This document shows positions 51,901-58,932 of a DNA stretch of 64,000 nt, piece after piece. The DNA comes from Amphiscolops sp. MND2022 (taxonomy: Eukaryota). A model generated the notes under the pieces. It was not told the DNA's origin, did no database searches, and was given only the letters and a program-made list of their open reading frames with translations. The stretch spans positions 1,302,001 to 1,366,000 of the forward strand of contig OZ076409.1 in NCBI GenBank assembly GCA_964187785.1, in the 5' to 3' direction. Position 1 is the first letter of the stretch, and every line of letters starts with the position of its first letter. The translations under genes and the position numbers were made by a program.

Positions 51901-54900
51901 ATTTTCGCTTTTCTTGAAGTGCCCCACTTCTGTTACTCTTTTTACCTGTTCGTTTATTTCTTTAAAAGCTTTTTCGTGTTTCTCCTCCCAGTTCCATGTT
52001 TTATCCTTTTTTAGTAAAGGTCTTAGTGGAAAGCAAAGTTGGGCTAAATTCGGTATAAATCTGTTCATCTGGTTTACAGCTCCCAGATAAGAACGTAGTT
52101 CCTTTAGATTTTTCGGTCTAAGTTTTTCAGTTTTTGCTTGTATTTTGGTGTTTATTGGGCTTATTCCATTTTGGGTTAATTTATATCCCAACCATTCAAT
52201 TTCTTTTTGTGCTAAATTACATTTTTCCCATTTTAGTCTAACGTTAGCTTTATTTAGCTTTGTTAATACTGTTTTTACCACTTTGTAGTGATTTTCTTTT
52301 GATCCTTTTGTTACTACAAGGATATCATCTAGGAATACGTACGTGTTGGGGATGTTTGCTAATTCGGTGTCCATGGCTTTTTGGAACTCGGTTGGCATTA
52401 CTGTTAAACCGTAAAAACCTGTTACGAATTTGTATGTTCCAGTAGCTTTCCCTCCTATTATTTGGAAATTACAGTGTTTTGCTGTTTCTTTATTTAGTGG
52501 CACTTGTCCGTACGCGTATTGCATGTCAAGAGAAGTATACCATGCTATTCCTTCGTTTTCTGTATCTAATTGTTCTGCTACCATATCGACAAGGTGCTCT
52601 AAATTCGGCATTTGGTATTTATCTTTTACGACTTCTTTGTTTAATGCGCGTGCGTCGAGTGCTATTTTCACACTCTTATCTCTTTTCACCGTGATTACTA
52701 TTGGCTGAATGAATTGTTTGTCCGTTACTTCTTTTACTCTTTCAATGTGTCCTTCATGCAACAACCTTTCTATTTCCTTTTGTACTGCATCTTGCAGTTG
52801 AATGGGTACTCTTCTACCCTTCTGTTGTGTTATTTTTGCATGTGGTTTGAATTCTATTTTGACTTCATGGCCTATTAATTTCCCTTGTCTTGTAAATAGT
52901 TCGTTAAATTGTTCCTTTATTTTTGTTTGTTCATTCACTTCATTGTGAATGCTCTTTTCGTTCTCTTTTTCTATTTTACTGTTTTTGCTCGAATTACTAC
53001 TAATTTTATAAATAGCTTGTTTACCTTCACTTTGATTGGGTGATACAAATTTGTAGTTGGAAGCATTCAGCCAATCTCGTCCAATTAGCGATTTTGCTCC
53101 CTTCTGTGCGATTAATATTCTTGCTTTGTTGAGTTTACTTTCCCCAACTTCCAGATGGCAGAATATGTAGCCCAACAATTCTAGTTTCTTCCGATTGAAA
53201 TCCACGTATTCCTCATCGCTGGGTAATTCCCTGATGAATAGTGTTTTTCGTTTCATTATTTTCTTCAATTCATCTATTTCGAAGATGGTTACTGGCGATC
53301 CTGAATCTACCATTGTCTGGAATTCATTGCCGTTGATTTTGCCCTTCATTGTGAAGTGTCCATTTTCGTCACCTTCTATGGTTAGTACCACTTTTTCTTC
53401 GTCTACTATTGACCCTTCATTCTCACTGTCGCTCCATTCGTCAATTCGTTGAATTCGTTGTGGTGGTTTTGCAACCTTTCTGCTTTTTGCAAAATTTCCA
53501 GCTCCTTTTGTTTGGCAGCATTTTGCGAAGTGCCCCTTTTTTCCGCATTTCATGCAAGTTATTCCTATTGCCTTGCACTCTTTTAAGTGTTGTGGGGTGA
53601 AGATTCCTTCACAGCGAAAGCATTTCTTTTGAGGTCCCCATCTTTTTGCACTTTGATTTATGTTATTTATTTCGGACGGTTCTGCTTTTATTTTGGGTTT
53701 CTCCAATGTTCCAAACGATTGTTGTCTTATCGTTCCCTCTTCGTATGCAATTGCAAATTGTATGTTGTCATTTACGTTTGTTTTGGGTTCAGTGCACAGC
53801 TTTTGTTGTACTTCTTTGTTATTCATATTCACTATGAATACATCTTTCACTAAGCTTTCGGTTATTGCTCCAAAGTTGCATTTTGATGCTAATCCGTTCA
53901 ATTCGTTCCAGAATTGTTTGAGTGATTCTCCTTCTTTCTGTTTTCTGGATAGGAATTTGAATCTATCCAATGTTTCATTCTTTGGTTTCTCGAAACATTC
54001 TTTGCAATTCTTTAGTAAATCCGTTAGATTTACTGTTGCTATATTTGTCGTCGGAAACTTGTCTGCAATTGTTTTTCTCCCTGCAGCTCCCAATGCCAGA
54101 TATAGAACGCTTATTGCCTTCTTCGTTGCGGGTATTTCGTCTAAATCTCCCATTAGACTTTTTTCTTTTGCTCCTGTCGTCTTCGTCAGCTCAGATATTG
54201 AGATATTGTTTTTCGCCATTAACGCTACCTCAAAGAGGTCTATCCACTTTTCCCATTCTAATGTGGGTGTTTTTGATGCGTCAGTCCAGTAAGTTGGTAG
54301 ACCTGCAATTGCTTGTGGTCCTCCTGAGTATTCAGGTGCTCGCAGCGCCATGTTATAGTTTAAGTAGTAAAAGGTAATTCTACTGAAGTTCTGATACTGC
54401 TACTGTTTCAGGAATAAAGGGAAGCGAGACAAGAATCTATTTCTATGAAGACCATGTGGCAAAGTGGATGGGCCATCACTGCGATGGTCTATAATGTTGC
54501 TGGTATCTAATGTACAAATATATATATCAACAACTACAAACATAAGACTGCCATTAATTGGTCACTTTAATTAATTAGATTGCTGTCACTTCAGTTTTAA
54601 TAGATTGTTTTGTTTTGCTCTTTTCTATTGTTTTGGTATGACAGTTTGTAGCCCCGTTACAAGAACCTTCCACGAAATTTTTCTCCTTGGAAGACTCTTG
54701 CAAGGAAACTTTTTTCCTTGCAAGATTCTTGCAAAATGTCTTGCAGAAAAATGCATTATCTTGCAAGACCTTGAAAGAAAATCTTGCAAGATCCTTGCAA
54801 GGAACGCATTTTTTTTCAACCAGGGCAGTCAATCCAAATTGTTTATTTGCTCACACTTTCAATTTTGATTGGCGAATCAAGTTAAATTAACGTAAATTGA

Positions 54901-57900
54901 GGAAATTTTACCTTTTGAGCCTGATAATTCAGAAACGGTTGATCATTTTTGAAATCAAAATACATCCATCAATTCAGTAGAGTTGTGGGAGTTAATTGAG
55001 CATAAAACTTGCCAAAAAACTGCATAAAACAGTCAAAAATTGGAAAAACGGAAAAAAGTCCCAAATTTGCTCAAAATCAGCTATATGTAACTTTCTCAAT
55101 TTTTTTCTCGGGAGATCAAAAAAAACTAGATGAAATTCTAAGAAACTTCTTTTTCTGACGTTTTTCAACTTTCAATTGATTTTGAAAACATCGAGCCTAA
55201 AATCTCCCGTGGACGTTTTATTAATCACAGTACTGTATATTCTCCAGAGAACAACTACAACACTCCCAATTAGGACTACGCAAAATGAACAGAATTGCGC
55301 TTCAAGCTTCCGCCCCTGGAAGATTATGAGCCAAACGTTACTATATTACATGTTATAAAAATGTTGAAAATCCACACCACAATATTTTGCAAAATATAAT
55401 TTTCCCGTGATATAATACGAAACGATCTCTATTGACAACAATGAACTGTTTATTGATTAGATTGAGGTGTTTTTTTTTAAATGTCGTACAGTCATCGTTT
55501 TTATTTGATATGGAATAAGGTCTAACTTTTTCAGCCAAATAAAAGCTATCATCAAAGAATTAACCACGACTTTTTTCTTGATAGTTCTAGCATCAAAAAA
55601 AGGAAAGAGCCCTTTCGATTTTGGGAATAGCGTTTTGCCTTTCCGAAAGTATTATTGAAAATGTTTTCAGTTTTATTTCAAACCTTTTTAGTCTAATACT
55701 AACATTTGCTTAGTCTAATTCTAAAATTCCCGAGTAGCTGCTAGTAGAACGTTTCGTGAAAAATTGTTTTTCTTTGTACCATCGATGTTTCAGGAACAAG
55801 GTTTTGGCAAATCGAGGGAGACAACATTCTCATGACAGTCTTGGATTCGGAAACACTCCCAAGGGGCCGGTTTTTGACACCTCTCTGACTGTTTCTTCTG
55901 TGATGAATTTACAAACAAAACCAAATTCGAACCTCGCCCGAAAAGCCAGTCTTCCAAAAAACTTGAGAGGTCTGAAAAATTCGTTGATCAACGACCAATT
56001 GGAAACTAGTGACATGCATTTGATGACGTCACTTTACGGCAATGAAAGAGATTCGAAAGAGTTGCCAGATTTGAGAGTTGGTTCCAAAAACGACAATCGT
56101 TTGGGACACCCGGGAAATCTTCACGCTTTGGAGAAAAGACACAAAATGAGAAAAGGTATTGTAACAGAACAAGACGCCCGCTATGCACCGGGATATTTTC
56201 CGCCTTCAATTGAAAGTGAAAATCGAAAATTTGCCTCCTCCTTAGCAAAACGCATATTACTTCGGATATAACGTCAAAAATCGGATATATCACAATTTTT
56301 TCAAACTTCCACTTCCTCCGTAGAAAACGCAATTAACTTCGGATATAACGTCAAAAGTTCGGATATAGCGAGCTGGGACAAATGGGAACGCTTTTTTTGA
56401 ACCTTTGCCCCTCCTTAGAAAAGCGCAATATTAAAATTAAAATGGAGTAAAAGTGGAGTTTTGGCAGAATGAGTAAAAAAAGGCAACACAGATCATAATT
56501 TTCCTCCCCCTACACAATAAACTGTGGAGGCGGAAAATAATAAAAGTTCACGAGTGTTGGTAACTTCGAGCAATAAACAAGAAAGTTCCAGGACTTTGAA
56601 ACAAAATGTAACTTTTGCTTCCAAAACATGAATTTTCCTCCGGATTTGATTTAATTTGGAATTAATACGTGCTATCACATGATTACCTGGGTTGACCCTC
56701 TTACTAGCATCTTGGCTGTCTTGGCAAGATCTTGCCAAATTCGTACTACATATTGGCAACCATGGTTCCCATGGCAAGATTTTTATTAAGATCTTACTAA
56801 GATAATACTTATTCCAAGATCGTATCTTATCACGATGGACAAACTTCTAAGATTATCATGTCTAACTATGTAAATCTGCATAGACGTTCATTTTTGTTGA
56901 CTTCCTTTCAGATCTTTTCTCCCCAAATAGGATTTTACAATAAAATTTTTCTTGGGAACATGGCTCTCTTGATAAGATTTTACCATGACATCTTGCAATT
57001 CTTGGCAAAATCTTGGCAAGATTTAGCTAAGATTTTTCCAAGATCTTGGCAAGATCTTGCTAAGATCTTACCAAGATATCCATGGAGGGTCGACCCGGGT
57101 AGAAGCATCGAAAAATTATCAAAGTAAATTATTAGGTTAAATTTTTGGTGTATTACAAATAGCACATGTTGTGTATTTTTGACCGACAAAAAACTTGTTC
57201 AATCAAATTTGCATCGATTATCTGACATACTGACCTTCTTTTTCGCTGCGCCAAAAAAAGTGATTTTGGAATCCAAAAATTATTGGATTCAATCTAAAAA
57301 AAATTATCCGTACCTGTACAGCATTAACTTATTGGAACAACACAAGTGTTATCTGGGTATTGTAAAAAGGATTCCGAGTTGACAGAGTTTTCATTGATCA
57401 TTCAGCAAATAGCTTTTTCTTTTGTCCGCATGGCGTTTTTTTAATTGCCAATCTTTTCCAAAAACTCCCACCATATTTAGTTTTCCAGGTAATTTTCGCC
57501 AAGATTTGGGGTATGGTTAATTTTGATTTTTGAGCATCTAACATGAAAAGAATTAATAGAAGATTTAAACTTTTTTCTTCGTTTTATAGTTTTTTTTCGA
57601 GATATACGTTTTTTTTCTTGTTTTTCTTTTCAAAGAAATGCAAAATAACTCCAGACTCGTCAAATAAAAACACGAAATACAGTTCAACTTTTTCAATATT
57701 AAGTGAATATAAATTCACAATTAAAATTTCGCCATATCTCGTCCTTCTGCCGGGGCATTTCAATTAAAATCTGAAAAAGAAGAACACTTTTCACACAGTA
57801 ATCACTGGAATTCTTACCAATAACAGAAGACATAAGGATTACATCATAAAACTGTAGTGAAAAAAAAATAAAAACTGTTTTTTTCAATGTTGTTTGAAAC

Positions 57901-58717
57901 ATGTGTTTCAACCCTTGTTTGAAACAGCTGTTAAAAACGATTCCCACCTTGAGAAAAATCCTGCCTTTCTTTTCCAGGGTCCAACGGCATTCCACCCAAA
58001 AGTTCCTTCACTAGCAGTGCTCTTCTAGACATAGTGGGTGACCCTTTGAGTCACGTGCCCAATCCTAGGAGCCGAAGTTCGCTTCGTAAGGAGACAGAAG
58101 TGACCTCTATCCGGAGGAGGTCAAATTCTCTGGACAGACTTGAGAAGAGAAGAGCGCGAGAGGTCACGACCCCGTTTTCGGACATTGTTTCTTGCGATGA
58201 CCTTTTTGTGGATGATAATGCCATTGCTAATGTATCTTTAGCTAATCAGTTTTTATGAAAGTATATTTTCGTAGTTTATTTTTCAAATACAAATTTCTTC
58301 AAAATTGGTGTAAAAAGAAGGCCGGTGTTATTACAGAGAAAATTCCAAATGACAAGAGAAATTAAAACTTCGGTTTGGATAACAATGTGTCTCGCAGTGC
58401 CGAATAGTCAACTATAGTTACTTTGGTGTCTTCTCGAATTTTTTAGCTTGAAAATTCAGCTTTCTATTGACGCTAGCATAAAAAAGTACGAAGACGAATT
58501 ACGACAGAAATATGAGAAAGATATAAATGCCAAAACAAATGTTATTTTAAAGTCTCGAAAAACGTCATTGCCGAATGTCGAATGTGCTATGTCCAAAGGT
58601 GTCTTATCTATGAACGGTTTAGCCATCCATTACTCAGCCTATTTACGTCAGAACCAATTTTCTGGGGCATCATTCAAATCTCAACAGCACAACAAAAACA
58701 AATATTCAAAACTTTAA
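30999..58717 (+). CDS. ZSWIM2: E3 ubiquitin ligase ZSWIM2 (MEX)-like: SWIM, RING, ZZ and RING domains; about 750-810 aa
   Basis: Exons: 30999-31101, 35242-35398, 36969-37090, 39051-39155 (donor uncertain: 39155, 39158 or 39179), 39672-39772, 40586-40887, 42256-42425, 44599-44721, 46977-47246, 48526-48691, 55794-56155, 57978-58162 (or read-through to the stop at 58258), 58460-58717; phases are compatible. Motifs: SWYQDRALS, SWIM HICSC..PCKHICWILLKKFK, RING CPICQEE..YCKYGCGQNVHIRCMK..CPLCR, ZZ CYNC..PIEGKCYKC, RING2 CNLCL..CRHKFHQNCLD..CPIC. Confidence 0.92.
31112..31404. mobile_element. CCC...GGG MITE (EnSpm-like), 2-bp TSD AT
   Basis: CCCAGCGTTTGACATCTTGAATATCTTG...CAAGATATTCAAGATGTCGAACGCTGGG with CAAGATCTTG repeats. 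Confidence 0.8.
32489..33044 (+). mobile_element. HINE family A copy
   Basis: TTTTAGTCGGCGC...GCACCGACTTTAGACGTTCCCGTCTTGTT with internal AAGGGTCCCC repeats. Confidence 0.7.
33840..34388 (+). mobile_element. HINE family A copy
   Basis: TTTTAGTCGGCGC...GCGCCGACTTTGGCCGTTCTCGGCTT. Confidence 0.7.
35638..36113. mobile_element. Tc1/mariner-like MITE nested in a GGACCATG-related MITE
   Basis: TIR CAGTACTGTGATTAAGAAA...TTTCTTAACCACGGTACTG followed by TA. Partial inverted copy at about 54870-55236. Confidence 0.7.
36420..36884. mobile_element. MITE, GGACCATGTCAT-TIR family (inverted copy)
   Basis: Reverse-complement homologue of 2607-3061. Confidence 0.8.
37423..38471. mobile_element. CCC...GGG non-autonomous element (EnSpm-like), 2-bp TSD TT
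   Basis: TIR CCCCGGTTGACCCTC...GAGGGTCGACCCGGG. A shorter copy lies at 56686-57099. Confidence 0.8.
38549..38976 (+). mobile_element. HINE family D copy
   Basis: TTTTCAGGAGTCGGAAAA..TTTTCGACTACT...TTCCGACTCCTTTACCGCACATGCAGTTCTGATT. Confidence 0.65.
39189..39634. mobile_element. MITE with CAGGAATG(G/A)CCA termini
   Basis: CAGGAATGGCCACCAA...TTGTTGGTCATTCCTG; no clear TSD. Confidence 0.55.
40091..40517 (+). mobile_element. HINE family D copy (diverged)
   Basis: TTTTTAGGAAACGGAAAAAGTTTCGACTACT...TTCCGACTCCTTTACCGCACATGAAGCTTTGATT. Confidence 0.6.
41789..42183. mobile_element. Foldback-like element with TTTCAACC / GGTTGAAA repeat arms
   Basis: 41789-41885 is the near reverse complement of about 42090-42183. 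Confidence 0.7.
44745..45511. repeat. 40-bp tandem repeat (about 10 units) forming one arm of a foldback-like element
   Basis: Unit AAAATATTAGGTGGAAAACTCGTCGAAAAGCAACTCGCCG at 44754-45155; inverted motifs TTCGACGAGTTTTCC at 45410-45505. Confidence 0.85.
45663..46452. mobile_element. GGACCATGTCAT MITE carrying a nested HINE family B insertion (45749-46107)
   Basis: Colinear with 2607-3061 except for an insert of about 360 bp. Confidence 0.8.
47881..48377 (-). mobile_element. HINE family A copy, same subtype as 4954-5401
   Basis: Plus strand AACAAGCCGGGAACG...GTCGCGTTTCACTTCATGAAGTGCCGACTAAAA. Confidence 0.7.
49249..49563 (-). repeat. 3' LTR
   Basis: 315-bp direct repeat of 54351-54661. Confidence 0.95.
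49651..54351 (-). CDS. Gag-Pol polyprotein, 1566 aa (gag-PR-RT-RNase H-integrase)
   Basis: Double knuckle CFRC..H...C / CMKCGKKGHFAKCC, PR VDSGS, RT FLDD, RNase H CDAS..ELELLA..SDH, integrase HWGHPG..CPEC, IDFAGP, TDSG, NGKVER; uninterrupted. Confidence 0.95.
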   Translation of the reverse strand: MALRAPEYSGGPQAIAGLPTYWTDASKTPTLEWEKWIDLFEVALMAKNNISISELTKTTGAKEKSLMGDLDEIPATKKAISVLYLALGAAGRKTIADKFPTTNIATVNLTDLLKNCKECFEKPKNETLDRFKFLSRKQKEGESLKQFWNELNGLASKCNFGAITESLVKDVFIVNMNNKEVQQKLCTEPKTNVNDNIQFAIAYEEGTIRQQSFGTLEKPKIKAEPSEINNINQSAKRWGPQKKCFRCEGIFTPQHLKECKAIGITCMKCGKKGHFAKCCQTKGAGNFAKSRKVAKPPQRIQRIDEWSDSENEGSIVDEEKVVLTIEGDENGHFTMKGKINGNEFQTMVDSGSPVTIFEIDELKKIMKRKTLFIRELPSDEEYVDFNRKKLELLGYIFCHLEVGESKLNKARILIAQKGAKSLIGRDWLNASNYKFVSPNQSEGKQAIYKISSNSSKNSKIEKENEKSIHNEVNEQTKIKEQFNELFTRQGKLIGHEVKIEFKPHAKITQQKGRRVPIQLQDAVQKEIERLLHEGHIERVKEVTDKQFIQPIVITVKRDKSVKIALDARALNKEVVKDKYQMPNLEHLVDMVAEQLDTENEGIAWYTSLDMQYAYGQVPLNKETAKHCNFQIIGGKATGTYKFVTGFYGLTVMPTEFQKAMDTELANIPNTYVFLDDILVVTKGSKENHYKVVKTVLTKLNKANVRLKWEKCNLAQKEIEWLGYKLTQNGISPINTKIQAKTEKLRPKNLKELRSYLGAVNQMNRFIPNLAQLCFPLRPLLKKDKTWNWEEKHEKAFKEINEQVKRVTEVGHFKKSENIRIICDASKAGLGAVLQQDEIGWRPIHFASRFLTPLEENYSINELELLAVVWAIEHFKNYLYGIKFQVVSDHKALATVLKGNKGNKTYSSRLTRWVDRLLPFDFDIFHAPGRTIGIADYLSRHPSQIEGKSVKAKELWNNWFTVNHVNNVNSILAEEFTRPIRGRQWLKLNREDRRTKSEQTHANKQTTQLTKMGQNNSTNALAGKRISKQFESKVEIANKIGENMLIANYNDDENSQKLIKLVKNPTKAKIKALESPWRERFNSISIDENNLLYMDDRLIIPKNLQTPIKNSLHWGHPGRDQMLRQIIDIWWPKIHRDITLLTKTCPECKAAGKSIKPMLNQKQFGKLPTPKEVNEEIAIDFAGPFKIAKSSKKYLIVSIDSKTGWPDAKFMRAPTTNKVIEFLERYIADNGIPRKIRTDSGTAFTSNKLKQFCQKYFIQHIKCPIYDHRGNGKVERLIRTINERLRTNKRIILDKENTGLSEILYSIRNSPKSNNVSPAELQLGRKLTTIKEIITTKPTTNYNSVSDNDKDFELEMSDFPQEQDSEIMVRERARGSKLEEVYKRKKGRITGETQHTLTMKESGKSTAQTFSKREIAKPQQLVQQSSQSKHTNPPQHKKDIKQTKTNEQQNTKKRREKKIPTEFKRLANWRELLESEDEEENDQRKNERKQTNPPKAPIKATVNWEKPQLTKEEPESENETDSNTSNERPKRNRTTPDYYGNPVMICGIENTNKEGEREVITISSDEN
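54337..54350 (-). other. Primer-binding site, probably tRNA-Ser
   Basis: TGGCGCTGCGAGCA directly abuts the LTR and resembles the complement of animal tRNA-Ser(CGA/TGA) 3' ends. Confidence 0.7.
54351..54661 (-). repeat. 5' LTR
   Basis: 311 bp; by eye it differs from the 3' LTR by about 5 substitutions and a 4-bp (TA)n length change. Confidence 0.95.
56168..56543 (-). mobile_element. HINE family B copy
   Basis: Minus strand: TTATTTTCCGCC...GGCGGAAAATA, hairpin CCCG..CGGG and terminal CTTGTT; homologous to 45749-46107. Confidence 0.72.
56686..57099. mobile_element. CCC...GGG MITE, short version of 37423-38471, TSD TA
   Basis: Same arms, with a different and shorter centre. Confidence 0.8.
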
Positions 58718-58932
58718 GCAAGGTTCTAGGTACCAGGATGCAAATTTGATAACTTTTTGTGGTGCAAATTTATAAAAAATTTTCCCCAGAAACTACTATT
58801 TTGATTTAGATATCAGATTGATCTCATTCGGACTTTTTCACACAGAACAAAAAAATGAACTAAGCTCATTGAGAGTTTATGGAGAAGAACAAGCAAAGAT
58901 CTCAACGTGGGTGCAAAAATGTACAAAAGCTA

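Larger units (their letters stand above)
49249..54661 (-). mobile_element. Full-length Ty3/Gypsy LTR retrotransposon (Mag-like)
   Basis: LTRs 49249-49563 and 54351-54661 (TG...CA); 5-bp TSD AGAAC; PBS 54350-54337; PPT AGAGGGGAA 49572-49564; single gag-pol ORF. Confidence 0.97.
48795..54825. mobile_element. CCC...GGG element (EnSpm-like, 2-bp TSD CA) split by the Gypsy insertion
   Basis: CCCTGGTCGAGAAAAAATGCATTCCTTGC...GCAAGGAACGCATTTTTTTTCAACCAGGG with CTTGCAAG repeats in both arms. Confidence 0.78.

Noticed and set aside
49507..54377. Plus-strand hydrophobic ORFs over the Gypsy element (possible env or antisense gene)
   Set aside because: Expected shadows of an A-rich coding strand, with no recognisable motifs.
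56156..56271. Exonisation of HINE family B into ZSWIM2 (the ORF track runs into it)
   Set aside because: A phase-compatible donor at 56155/56156 joins exon 12 before the element begins.
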